Below, in pieces: positions 20,216 through 32,954 of a stretch of 64,000 nucleotides of DNA (the first letter of the stretch is position 1; each line of letters begins with the position of its first letter). Source of the DNA: Schmidtea polychroa. Taxonomy: Eukaryota. The position numbers and the translations under genes are program-made. Where the stretch lies: positions 33,110,001 to 33,174,000 of the forward strand of contig CM097885.1 of the NCBI GenBank assembly GCA_044892525.1, written 5' to 3'. The notes beneath the pieces are model-generated. The model made no database searches, was not told where the DNA came from, and worked only from the letters and a program-made list of their open reading frames with translations.

Positions 20216-22849
20216 TTTTAAGATATAAATTTAGGTTTTTCACCTTTTTAATATTTTTTTATACATTTTAAAATTTTTAAAACCTTTAAAACCTTTAAAA
20301 CTTTTTTTATATTTTTTTATTTTTTATATTTAAGCCACAGTAGTGAGGAAACAGGCCACATGGGCGCTTTTAAACATATTTGAGAGATCACTGTGGACTT
20401 AGTGCTTAGATCAAATAAATATTTAAGGTTTTGGGGGTGGATGGTTTAAAGTGGCTTGGGTTTAAAAGTGGGTATTATAAAATCTTAGAGATTTAGAGGT
20501 GTTATATGAGGATTTAATGGTAGGGGTTTGGCGGTGTGGGAGTCTCCCTAGGGGGGGTGGGTCCATGTGGCCTGTTTCCTCACTACTGATTTTCAATACA
20601 AATTTCAATTACTGTTAAAAAAGCCAAGGATTATTCAGACTATAATGAGGGGTTCTCCTTGATCCTGGGATTTTTAATACAAAAAAATGGTTTACACTAA
20701 AAAAGTATGGTAAATTAAGGTCTCAGGATATTTTCAATACAAATTTCAGTCTACACCACCAAAAGCAAGGATTTTTATAATTAAAATAAGGTGGGTCTCG
20801 ATGGTCCTGGGATTTTCAATACAAAATCAGATTATCACTAAAAAAGCAAGGATTTTCCAAGTAAATTATTGGGGTCTCTTTGGTCTTGAGATATTCAATA
20901 CAAAAAGGGGGTCTTAACTAAAAAAGCGTGGTAATTTTTAAATTAAAGTAAATTGTGGGTCTACAAATTGAATTATAGTAAATTATGGGCTCAGATTTTT
21001 CAATTAAAGTATATTAAGGTTCTAAAAAATTAAATTAAAGTAAATTATGGTCTAAATTAGATAATTAAGGTTCAAATTTTAAAATTAAAGTAATCAATAG
21101 TAATAGGATATGTCACCACTGGCATATGACACCTCTGGCAAACACCCCTTAAAAAGGAAAAATTTTTCTAAGTCTAAAAGTACATTTTTTCCAAGGTAAT
21201 TTAAACCAAGACATTAGAACAAAGACCATGACTCATTCAAGGGCATTGGATGACTCACCAAGGTAATCGAAACAAAGACATGACCCACTCAAAGTCATTG
21301 GATGACTCATCAAGGACATTTCAAGGTCATTCCCAAGGTCACATGGCTCATCCAAGGTCATTTCAATGTCATAAGACTCATCAAAGGTCATTCTCAAGGT
21401 CATTCCAGGGTCACGTGACTCATTGCAATGATTAATCAAGGTCATATTATTATTTTTCAAAAATATTATTATTTTATTATTATTTTTCAAAAATATTATT
21501 ATTTTATTATTATTTTTCAAAAATATTATCAAGTATGCTAGCGGTACCCTACTATTTGGCATGCCAAAAGTTATTGTTCCCATCAATTTTATTTCATCGA
21601 TAGATAGATAATTTTGAAGCTTAGTGCAAGACCCTTTGAATGAGATATATAGATCATCATCACCATTATTACTGGTAAAGTTATTATTATTATAGTAGAT
21701 GGTAGTGTCCCACCCACACCATGTTCCATCCACACCACTAAAGAGAAATTTTTTTAAAACTCGGAATTTTATAACGAACATAAAATTATGTAGTCTATAT
21801 ATAGAAAATATGCATGGAAAATGAGCTCTAAAGTCTCAAACTTCAACATCAAATGCCATAATTTAACATCATTCATATATTATCAAACATAGAAAATCTT
21901 ATATTATAGAAATAAAATCATATTCTTCAACACATGGTGGGACAATGAACAAAAGCTTTAATAAAATACTTGGAAAAATATTTTAAAAAATATGAAAGTA
22001 CTTTAAAATAAAGGTCACACCACTTGACATAGAAATTTGAAAATTTTTAGGACACAACACTTTGAAAATTTTTATATAAAAATACTTGGAAAAAATCAAC
22101 AAATTACTAGAAATTAAAAAATCACATGGAATATTTACAAAATATTTCCAAATCACAAAATCCCCAAAATAAATTTCCCAACTCAAAATTTTCCCAAAAT
22201 TTAAAAAGTCCCAAAAATAAATTTTCCAAATTTTCCCAACTCAAAAAGTCCCAAAATTTCCCAAAGAAAATTTTTTAAAAAGGTACAAAAAATTAAAATC
22301 TAATTTTGTTCGCTGCAAAACGGAATTTCACGTGTACACATATGAACCTATTGTTAATAAGGTCTTAACTCGAAATCCTAAAAATAATAACCAACTCTCA
22401 ACTTAAGATCGCTTAGTTCTAATTTCTGTGTAATTTTGAATTCATGAAGCAGAAAATTTAAGATTAAATCCAGTCATCAAATAACAGAAAATTTTGAACC
22501 ACCATTAGTTTGTTTTCATTGCTTCAAATGTTTTGATTTATATATAATTTTCATATTTAAAAGATCAAAAATTCAAAAATATTGATGTTAAAAATAAATT
22601 TTTCTCTATAATCATCAAATAATTTTAAAATCAGGAAAATTACAAAAACATATCTGTTTTAACTTATCAACATTTCAAATTTGGATAATTTTGTATGATT
22701 GAATTGAATTGATAGGATGACATCTAAAGGTATAATTTATTTTGCACCAATGATCAAAATGGCCGGAGTATCAAACAGTATATTGCTCAATAAGATCCTA
22801 AATGATTGTAACATTAACAATCGAAAAAAATCATTTACATTATTTCTAT

Positions 22850-23202
22850 TTAGAGTTTCAAACAAATCTTCATCATTAATTAACTTAATAGATTCAATAA
22901 TAATTTTTATCACACGCAAGGAATTTGGATTTCATGACATGAGCATCTTTTTGAACATGTACTGAATCCTAAGTATCCAACCAGCTGTTGTAGTCAGTCA
23001 CCATTGCCAAAGATGCATAATATAAGTCTAATTCTTTGACAAGAATCACTTCAAGAACTGTAGGCACATTGATAACCGAAGCTACCATTTGATTCCAAAA
23101 CTTTGACTAAAATTTCAAAAAAAACCTTGGTCATTCTATGGTAACAAATGTTCCAGATTTATGGACTTCCTCACATAATTGTGCAGCAGCCTTTAACAAT
23201 AT
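22850..23202 (-). pseudogene. MTAP: Captured fragment of methylthioadenosine phosphorylase
   Basis: Reads ILLKAAAQLCEEVHKSGTFVTIE*PRF..F*SKFWNQMVASVINVPTVLEVILVKELDLYYASLAMVTDYNSW, matching MTAP GTMVTIEGPRFS..ADVINMTTVPEVVLAKE..YASIAMATDYDCW. Preceded by an AG acceptor; three stops. Confidence 0.85.
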
Positions 23203-23231
23203 CTAACAAACATTGAAAATATCTAATAAAA

Positions 23232-23795
23232 TATGAAGTTCAGGAAAAACCACAGCAAATTGTCGATAGACGCGGGAAATACCCGATAACATTTTTCAAG
23301 ACAGGTAAATGCATTGTTTCCGGTACTAAGACTATTAAAATATAACCCTATATGTGTCAACGTGTTTGGTAGTGGAAAGGTTGTGATGCTGGGTTGAGAA
23401 ATTTTGAGTATAGAGAATTTGTTGACAATGTTCGAAATGAGATATTTTCATTGGACGATTTTTAATTGGTTAATTTCTAATTGGTTAATGTTTGTTTTAA
23501 ACAAACTGTTTTTTATTTAGATGTCATTTTTTCAAATGTACAAAATTCCTAGTGCTGCTCGTTTGATAATAACTCTATTGTTGAATAATAAAAAGAATAT
23601 GAAAATTATTGATAAGAAGCATAATCATTTGTTAAGAAAGATTGAATTATTATTAAGCGAAATTCAAACAATCAAAGGATCAATAGAATATCTGAAAAAC
23701 AATTCAACGTTACAAATTTCAAAAATATGGCTGCAAGTAGGAGTACATCAATATTTAGATTACCTTTGTTAATTTTAAATTATTTAATTGTTTAA
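23232..23795 (+). pseudogene. Deleted remnants of the family A TBP-like and secreted-protein genes
   Basis: 23232-23560 matches parts of 2437-2925 with an internal deletion; 23570-23800 matches ~5455-5700. Confidence 0.85.
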
Positions 23796-23831
23796 ATAAA
23801 TGTATGTTTTGTTAATTTTGTTGATATATAT

Positions 23832-23922
<91 letters not shown>

Positions 23923-25136
23923 GTGATGATGATTTCTATAGCTCATTCAAAAGGTCTTGCACTAAGCTTCAAAATAAGCTATCGATCGACGAAATAAAAT
24001 TGATGGGAACAATAACTTTTGGCTTGCCAAATAGTAGGGAACCGCTAGCATACTTAATTATATTTTTGAAAAATAATAATATGACCTTGAAATGACCTTG
24101 ATGAGTCACACGACCTTGAGAATGGCCTTGGATGAGTCATATGACCTTAAGAATGATCTTGAGAATTGCCTTGACGAGTCATCCAATGATTTTGAACGAG
24201 TCATGGCCTTTGTTCTAATGACCTTGGTGAGTCATCCCATGACCCTAAATGAGTCATGACGTCTTTGTTTAAATGACATTGAAAAAAATGTACTTAAACT
24301 TTTCATTTTTAGGGCGGGGGGTGTGTGGCAGAGGTGACATGTGCCAGTGGTGACATATCCTAATACTATCAATGGTCTAAAATTTTGAAATTAAAGATAA
24401 TTTTTAATAGAAATATTTATGGAATAATTTTTAGGTTAATTTTTAATGGAAATTTTTATGAAATATTTTTCAATGTTAATTTTAGATGCAAATCTATGTG
24501 AATTAATCAATGACCGCATGAAATTATTGGTAAAATATGAAAATATAGGTTATATTTGGTTGTTAAGTAAATTATGGTAAAAATTTTACATTAAGTAATA
24601 CAAGCTAAAAAATAGGTAAATGAAGGATAATTAAGTAAAACATAGGTTCAAAATATTTATTAAATTTAAATAAGTAAATTAAAGTAAAAATTTTTGAATA
24701 ATAAAAATAAAGTAATGTAATAAGTAAATTAAAGTATTATTTTAAAATTTATTAACACAAAGTTAGAATGATAGTCAATGTTTGAGAATTAAAAATTTAA
24801 AATGAAATTTTTAATGGAATAATTTTTTAAGTTAATTTTTAATGGACATTTTATTGGAATATTTTTTTAAGTTAAATTTTATTTGAAATTTTTATAGAAT
24901 AATTTTTTAAGCTAATTCTTAATGAAAATTTTAATGAAATAATTTTAAAGTCAAATTTAAATGAAAGTATTTAATGTCAATTTTCAATAGAAATTTTATT
25001 GGATTAATTTTCAAAGACAAATTTAAATGGAAATTTTAATGAAATAATTTTCAAATGCAAATTAAGATGCAAATTTCAATGATAATAAAAATAATAATAA
25101 AAATAATAATTATACAATAAAATTAATAATAATAAT

Positions 25137-25205
<69 letters not shown>

Positions 25206-25527
25206 TGAAATAATGTATTTAATGAAAATATTTTCGACTATAAGATAAAAAAAAAAAAAAATAATAATAATAATTCAACAATCAGTTACCATCAACCAGA
25301 TACTAAATATATTTAGCTATGTACTAACAACTAAAAACAAGCAATCAACTAGGTACCAGATACCAAGTACAAACTAACTCTCAAACAATTAGATACTTAA
25401 AACTAACTACTTACAACCAACTAAATATTCTTCATTGTATTTTAAGATATGTTTTTTTAAAATTAATTTTTTTATTAAAATAAAGTATTCTATAAAATTT
25501 CTTTTAATCAATACACCAAAAATTTGA

Positions 25528-25829
25528 TGTCAGGTTATATTTTGGCGGAGAAGGGCTCAAAAATTCGACTCAACGCGTCGAAGAGGAAAAGAAATTCACC
25601 GACAAAGTCGATTTACGCGTCTAAAGGGGAAAGAAACAAAAGAGGTTCAGAAAGACGCTTGAAATTGTGATTAACATTTGTGATTAAACAAAATTACAAA
25701 AAGGCCATGTGAAAAAATAATGAGGTGTAAAAATGTATAATAAAAGATGTTGAAAAACCTTATAAAGATTTGATTAAAAACCCCGGTGTAAAAGATTCTG
25801 CAAAAGATAGGCGTTCTAGATTTTTAACA
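25528..25829 (+). mobile_element. Solo LTR-like repeat (copy 1)
   Basis: TGTCAGG...TAACA, ~300 bp, internal AATAAA, near-identical to 34419-34720. No clear TSD. Confidence 0.65.
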
Positions 25830-26229
25830 ATTAGTAATTTAATAAATATGTAGATAAATTCACACAGACTATATAGTTTTATTATATGGACTTTATAAAC
25901 AGGCCTTCACTCGATCAAATAAATACTATATAATTTTAATATATACACACATACTTTAGGGGTAAAATGCTGATTGTACGCGTGCATGTGTTTAATTGGT
26001 AATAAATAAACAACTTTTAACAATCTAAAATAGTAGACTAGTTTCGAGCTTTTAGATCTCATCAGTACTATGCAGGAGACGCGAAGAATTATTGAAATTG
26101 AAAGATGTTATTGAAATAAAAATTTAAAAGTAAAAGTCTTAATAAAATCTTTCATCACATATTTATTTATAATAAGCTCTTCTTAATTCAATAATTAAAG
26201 TATTTCTTATATTCTTGTCAAAATCTAAA

Positions 26230-28455
26230 ATGTCAACCAGATACTTACAACTATGTAATTCTAACAAACACTAGATAACTAAGAACTAGGTACTATCTAG
26301 GTATTATTTACAATCAGATGCCATCTTCCAGCTACTAAATATTTTTAACTAGATAATAACAAATATGTACCAAATACTTACAACTAGGTACAAGTACCAA
26401 CAACCAACTAAATATTCTTCATTGTATTTTATCAAATGCTTTTTAAATATATTAATTCTTTTTATTAGTCTTTAAAAATATTTTTAATTACAATCAGTAG
26501 AAAAAACTTTTCTAAGTGTCTAAATTTAACAAAAATGATGATTTTCATCAAAAATGAATAACTGTCAACTACTTTAAAACATCACGAGAAATTGAAAATA
26601 AAATTATAAAGAATAGATTTCTAATTTTTATTCACAAAACATTCTTCTTTTAATTGATTACTAACATTTGAACTGACTTATTATTGCAAAGTAAAAATTG
26701 TATTCAATAAATAGTTATTGTTAATTCGTTTTATTATATATACTCTGAGTTTATCCGATAATATGTTTTGACCCCTAAGGGTATTATTGTAAGTATACTG
26801 GTCGCAAGGGTATTGGTCACACAAAACCATCACCTAACAACCAACAAGCAACCAAATACCAATAATGTATCCTCACTAGTTATCAACACTTGGATACCAA
26901 GTACTTACAACAAGATCAATTAAGTACAAAGTACTAACAACCAAAATCAAATCCCATCGAGAAATTAGCAAATATCAACCTCCAACTAATTACTAACAAC
27001 TAGATACCTGTTACCAAGTATATTACAACGAACTACCAAGTATTTACAACCATATACCTACAACTAAATATCGATTAGTTACAACTAGATACCAACAACT
27101 AGTACTAACAACTAGGTACTAATAACCAGATACCTGCTACCAAGTACTTACAACTAGCTACCAAGTACTTGCAACCAGATACCAATTACTTATAACTAAC
27201 TAGCAACACATAAAAATAATAGCAATTAAATTCAAAATATTCTTCAACACACACTTTCTACTTGTCAACATCTAAAATCTAAACTCTACCAACCGGATAC
27301 CAAGTACTTACAACCAACAACTATGTACTAAAAAATAGATCTTTAAAAGAAACTCTACTTCACTTGAAAAAATATTAGATGAAAAATTAATAAAATTTCA
27401 AATGATTTCGAGATTTTCCAAAAACATGAAAAAGATTGTAAAATTCTTTGTAAAAATTTAAATTATTCAAAATAAATATCCTAAAATGTAAATAATGGAC
27501 AAGAAAGAACTTTAAATTCCAGTAAATAAAAAAATACTGATCATTCACCCATATGCTTTCTAAATTAATTTTTTTTATTTGTCTTCAAAAATATTTTTAA
27601 TTACAATCAGTAGAAAAACCTTTTCTAAATGTCTAAATTTAACAAAAATGTTGATTTTCATCAAAAAATGAATAATTGTCAAGTCAACCACGTTAAAACA
27701 CCACGTGGAATTGAAAATAATTTAAATAAAATTACAATGAAAGACTATTGAATTCTAATTCTAATTTACAAAACATTCTTCTTTTAATTGATTACTACTG
27801 ACTTATTATTGCAAAATAAAATTGTATTCGTTTTATTATCCGACAGAATGTTTCGACCCCCTATGCGTACTGGTCACAATCAACCCCCAACTACCCATAA
27901 ACTAGCTATAATGTACTAACAACTTGGTCTCAAACAACTAAATACTAAACACTTACAACTAACTACCATGAACTAACAACCAATTTCTTATAACTAGTTA
28001 ACAACTAGTTACTAGATACCAACAATGTATCCTCACTAGCCAACAACAACAACGAGCAACCAACGAGATACCAAGCACTAAGCACTATCAACAAAATACT
28101 ATCAACTAGACACCAAGTACCAACAACCCACTAGCAACACATAAAAATAATAACAATTAAATACAAAATATTCTTCATCCCATATACAATCTTCTTGTCA
28201 TCATCTACAACTAAACTATAGAAATATCAACAACTATGTACTAACAAAAAGATCTTTAAAAGAAAATCCTCTTCACTTGAAAAATTGGTTGATAAATAAT
28301 TTGAACACAAGTAATCAAAATTGAATAAATCAATGTAAACATTTAACTTATTCAAAACATAATAAGTAAATATCAAAATCTAATCAATGGACAAGAAAGA
28401 ACTTTAAATTCTAGTCATTAATCATCTAGTAAATAAAAAAATACTGATCATCCAA
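26230..28455 (+). repeat. Degenerate ~1-kb tandem duplication with C/A-rich short repeats (TACCAAGTACTTACAAC / ACTAACAACTAG)
   Basis: ~26450-27545 and ~27560-28452 share ordered blocks (TTACAATCAGTAGAAAAA, TTATCCGA, TGGACAAGAAAGAACTTTAAATT). A related patch lies at 25280-25450. Confidence 0.7.
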
Positions 28456-29053
28456 GTTAATATGAATCAACCAATTTTCTAAGAATTTTGAAATAAGATC
28501 TAACAGATTATTGATTTAGAATCTTCTTGCGTTGGGGGCCATATTTCAAAATTTTCAAAGGTCCCTGGGCCACATGTAATTTGGCGTAGTTTACCGCATT
28601 AGAAAATAAAATCGTAATTTAGTATGACTATTACTATAATACTTAATAAATAACTGCAGTACAATATTTTTTAGCATAATTAAAAAAATAAATAATAAAA
28701 ATTTATTCATGCGTCCTGGAAAATAATTCGATCGATATTATGGCCAATCTTTTACTTTTGGATTTTTATTTCAATAACATGAAGACAGAAACTTATAAAA
28801 CTTAAAAATTACAGGACTCACATAATAATAATGTATTCGGATTAATTAAATTCCAATGGTATTCAATGTCTTCTCCACTGCAGGCATTAATGATATATTT
28901 TGCATTGTTTCTGTTTCTGTAAAAAGTCGATTGACAAGGACTATCTTATAGTCGAAATTTTTTTCATTAAATACATTATTTGCAGCAAAAGGCTTAAATT
29001 ATCATTTTATTGTTTTAAATAATAAATGCTGCTATCAAGAAATCATCACTTTA

Positions 29054-29133
<80 letters not shown>

Positions 29134-29292
29134 CAAACTTTATTTTAATTTTATTAAAATAAAGCAAACATTTGGTTTAATATACCTATAAATTTAGTCA
29201 TACTTATTTGGATTATATTTCAAAATATCGTCATAAAAATCATAAAAATATTTATAATATTTAACATTAAAAAATTGAAAATATTTTGGCTT

Positions 29293-30105
29293 TTAAATTG
29301 TATTTTGAAACCACAAGTGATTAAGGAACTCATTCAAGTTTATTCTGTCCTCAGGGTTAAAAGCTAAACATTTGTCAATCAGGTTTCTGGCATTTTCTGA
29401 ACATTTGTAATATGGGATAGAAGTTATATTCTCATAATCATTCTCGGTATTAAAAAGTAATCTTTTTTCAATAGAAATATAAAGTAAACATCCAATTTCG
29501 AAAACCATATTTTTCTTGATATCGTATGTGTTTTCTTTCACTGCCTCATAGCTTGAATATCCGAGAGTACCAATGCATCCACGACATTTAGGATTTTCTT
29601 TTAATTTCTCATAAACGGAACTTTCGAAGTCTATAAATTTGATATTGTAAGTTCTACTATTTATCATAATATTTTTATGTTTTATATCTAAATGATAAAC
29701 ACCTTTACTGATTAATTTCTCTAAACCTTTGATTACATTTGTTATAACCTTTCTCATCATAATTTCACTTATTACATTTGTATTAATAAACTCTAGCAAG
29801 TCCATCCAATCTCCATTGAGGTTTTCCATAATAATTGCAAATTCTGTCTCAGACTGAATACAATCTAAAACTTTCGGACTGAAATTTTCTTTTTCAATAA
29901 AATCTAGAAATAATAATTCTTTTGGTATTGGAAACAGATAATTTTTATTTCGAATAAACAAATAATCTTCAGATTTTGAGAAACATTTAATGACAACAGT
30001 TTTATGATCTAGATTTTTGTTCGATTTGTTTTCAGCTATATAAATTATGCTCTTTTCGGTTTCTTGGACTATTGAAATTAATTTATAATTTTTATTATTA
30101 ATCAT
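29293..30105 (-). CDS. Intronless atypical Ser/Thr kinase, Pim-like
   Basis: VVIK, IPKEL, MDLLEFI, HLDIKHKNIM, FIDFE, GTLGY, IGCLLY, LIDKCLAFNPEDR. No Gly-rich loop; DFE replaces DFG and SYE replaces APE. Confidence 0.85.
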   Translation of the reverse strand: MINNKNYKLISIVQETEKSIIYIAENKSNKNLDHKTVVIKCFSKSEDYLFIRNKNYLFPIPKELLFLDFIEKENFSPKVLDCIQSETEFAIIMENLNGDWMDLLEFINTNVISEIMMRKVITNVIKGLEKLISKGVYHLDIKHKNIMINSRTYNIKFIDFESSVYEKLKENPKCRGCIGTLGYSSYEAVKENTYDIKKNMVFEIGCLLYISIEKRLLFNTENDYENITSIPYYKCSENARNLIDKCLAFNPEDRINLNEFLNHLWFQNTI

Positions 30106-31632
30106 TTTTTGTTTAAGTTAATGAATTAGATTTTAATTTTTAAATTGAAATAATATTTTAAAATAATTTATTTAATGTACATTTGATTGGATAAAATATG
30201 AACAATTTATTATTTATTGTTTTTAGTTTTTGTGAATTTTGCAATATATTGCTTATTGATAAGACGTAATTATAAACTTGGGTCCTCAAAATATGCATTG
30301 TTATATTATGAAAAAAATTAAAATATTTAATACTTTTTCTGATAAATCCGAAGCTAGATACACTCAAAGAACAGGAATATGTAAATTTATGATAAAGGAG
30401 TCTGAGAAAGTGTTGGATAATACTTTTTATGAAAATTATCAGGAACACGAATTTAAGTTTTAGTTCTATATATTTGAACATAAAACTAAGAAACATATTC
30501 TGGAGTAAAACATAACGAAAAAATAAACAAGTGGAATAGAATTTTTGACACCAACAATCCAGAAGATCAAATATTCTATTTATTTCCGGTTAATTTGAAA
30601 TGTTTTTTCTAAACTTCAATCGACCTTCAAATTCGTCAAACTGGTCATCTTAAGTTAGATGAGGTCAAGGAACATAAATATTTCTTGATTTATTTTAAGA
30701 AGTCTTAAATTATGTATATACAAAATATAAAATAAAATATCTTTTTTAAAGTAAAAATATCAATTTTTATATTAAAATATTTATATTAAAAATTGGGCAC
30801 GAAAAGTTTGAAGAAAACACCTTTTAAAACTAATTTGACACTGAAATGTTTCAAACACAAAACATTGATGGAGAACTGAGTGTTTTTTTAAGTTAATCGA
30901 AAATAAAAGTGTAATTTTATTCTGATACATAAATTATTAATACTATATACTAATTTAAAATTGGGTATTTTTTGAATATTAATTAATATAATAATTTACA
31001 ATAACTTTTCAGACACACTGATAGAAACTAGAAAAATAAATAAAATCCCTAAGAGTAAGTACTCTTACACATGTTTCGTTTTTAAATTTTATATTCTGAT
31101 CTTTTTTTCAATTGAGGGAGAATATTGAGCATCCCTAGCTTTTATAATTTCTTCCAAAATATTTTATTGTAGTGATCCATTAATGAATAATTCTACTACT
31201 TATTTTCACCCATTTGAATTATAAATTTATCATAGAATTATTTCCTCATTTAATGAAGATTCTTATCACCTGCGAATTATATTGTTAATTTTATCTCTGT
31301 TTAACGAATATTTTACACTTTATCGATTTTTCACTGCTTACCATTTTAGAATAAGATTTTTTTTCAAAGTTTGGGATAATTTGACTGATTCAATAATAAA
31401 TTTGATGGAGTTAATTGGTTTAATTATATATACTCCGAGTTTATCCGACAGGATGTTTTGCCCCCTATGGGTATTGGTCATAAGGGTATTGGTCGTAAGG
31501 GTACTAGTCGTAAAGGTATTGGTGTGTTTTAATGATTTTATTTAAGCAAATTTTGTTGTTTAAGGCATGTCTTTATTTGTCTTATATGTCTTTAATTTTA
31601 TAATCTATATTTTAATAATATTTATTTTCTAG

Positions 31633-31812
31633 ATAATCAAGTCCAAGTTTACACCATGGATAAAAGCCAATGGCGGATGGGGTAGATTGAACCAACTCGC
31701 CCGAAATGCCAAAGAAATTGATGAATACAAAAGAAAGTTTAAAAACTACATTAAACTTGCAAAAGGTGTTGCTATTTTGTATATTATTAGTAAATTTTTT
31801 AATAAAAATTAA
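31633..31812 (+). pseudogene. Bcl-2-like gene exon 2 (exon 1 lost)
   Basis: TTTTCTAG^IIKSKFTPWIKANGGWGRLNQLARNAKEIDEYKRKFKNYIKLAKGVAILYII; same acceptor position as copy 1. Confidence 0.8.
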
Positions 31813-31871
31813 AGTAGTTATTTGTTTTATTTTTTAAATAAATTTACAAACAATAAATAACTAAAATTTAT

Positions 31872-32231
31872 TAATTAACACATTCGCAGTCATCATCTCC
31901 ACATTTCATTATATTTTCAACGACATGATTAATACAATCATTTGTAATATTATCTTTAGGTTCATCTTATAGGTCCCTCTATAGGTTCCTCTATAGGTTC
32001 ATAGATTTCCTCATCAATTTCTTGAGTTTCTTCCTCATCATCAAATCCTGAATCTTGACTCTCAACTATCCAGCCGATATTTAAGGCATTTGTAATAGAT
32101 AATATGTCCTCAATTTTCACACCAGATATTTCTGCTAATTTTTCCAACAAAAAGTTGATTACAAATTCTAAATAATAAATAATTCGGTAATTAATTAATC
32201 ATGTTAACCTTTTTCTGCAGTCATTTTTATC
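31872..32231 (-). pseudogene. Acidic Polinton protein, copy 2 (fewer repeats, frameshift)
   Basis: Homologous to 4077-4483. Confidence 0.7.
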
Positions 32232-32356
32232 ACTTTAAAACTATATTATAAGTTTGTTTATAGACTTTTTTTGTTAAATTTGCATGTCATTTGCATTTAT
32301 GTTGCAATTAATAAAGAGAAAAACAAATATGACTAATACATTTATTAAATATAACA

Positions 32357-32767
32357 TTAAAATATTTGTGAAAGTCTAGCAGACATAAGTTTCCAAATAG
32401 GAGAATATACATCATTATTATCAACTTTATATCCCTGGATTGCAATTGTTATATACCAATTTTCATTTTCCTTGAAACTGATTTCATCAAACGCATCATA
32501 AAATCTTGCATATCTGTTGTTGAACCATGCATGTTCTTTACACGATAGATTTGAATCTAACCGTTTAAAAACATCATCAATAGTTTTGACATCAATCATT
32601 GAAAGCGTGCCGGATAAGAATTTAAATTTAGTTGGAATTAGCTTGACTGGTGCAACCAATTTCATATTAATATCTTCTTTCAAAAAATGCATTTTGTAGT
32701 TGTGGAACATTTGAACCGGTTGTACCATTTCTTTAGGTTTTTCGGTGCATGAAATTTTCTTGGTCAT
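32357..32767 (-). CDS. Polinton accessory protein of unknown function (intact copy; possibly OB-fold ssDNA-binding)
   Basis: Open 136-aa ORF with TATA/AP-1/CCAAT motifs upstream, conserved in copy 1. The beta-strand-like C-terminus YITIAIQGYK..YSPIWKL is only suggestive. Confidence 0.6.
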   Translation of the reverse strand: MTKKISCTEKPKEMVQPVQMFHNYKMHFLKEDINMKLVAPVKLIPTKFKFLSGTLSMIDVKTIDDVFKRLDSNLSCKEHAWFNNRYARFYDAFDEISFKENENWYITIAIQGYKVDNNDVYSPIWKLMSARLSQIF

Positions 32768-32954
32768 TTTGAATAATGATTAAATTGAAATGTTACAGTG
32801 TTTTTATACTTTTGACTCATGCCTATCAACCAATCAGATTATAGCATGTCTTTGTTTAAATTGGCATGTCATTTGCATTAATGTTGCAGTTATGTTCATA
32901 TTATTTCTATTATTATTGTGACATATTATTATTAATGTTTTATTATTATTATGT

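Larger units (their letters stand above)
15978..20587. mobile_element. Internally deleted Polinton (family B) retaining pPolB and major capsid genes
   Basis: Termini AGTAGTGAGGAAAC...GTTTCCTCACTACT, TIRs of roughly 350 bp (15978-~16335 and ~20230-20587), and a perfect 6-bp TSD GATTTT (15972-15977, 20588-20593). Confidence 0.93.
15722..20935. repeat. ~70-bp degenerate tandem repeat, split by the 15978-20587 insertion
   Basis: Units like GACTATAGTGAGGGG..TTGGTCCTGGGATTTTCAATACAAAA..CACTAAAAAAGCCAAGGA occur at 15722-15977 and resume at 20588-20935. Confidence 0.8.
21099..24367. mobile_element. Non-autonomous Polinton derivative with captured host DNA
   Basis: TIRs AGTAATAGGATATGTCACCACTGGCA...TGCCAGTGGTGACATATCCTAATACT (~21099-21640 and ~23940-24367) and a perfect 6-bp TSD ATCAAT (21093-21098, 24368-24373). 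Contains remnants of family A genes. Confidence 0.92.

Noticed and set aside
21233..21781. 182-aa ORF
   Set aside because: Largely reads through TIR repeat arrays and a triplicated ~29-bp repeat; not protein-like.
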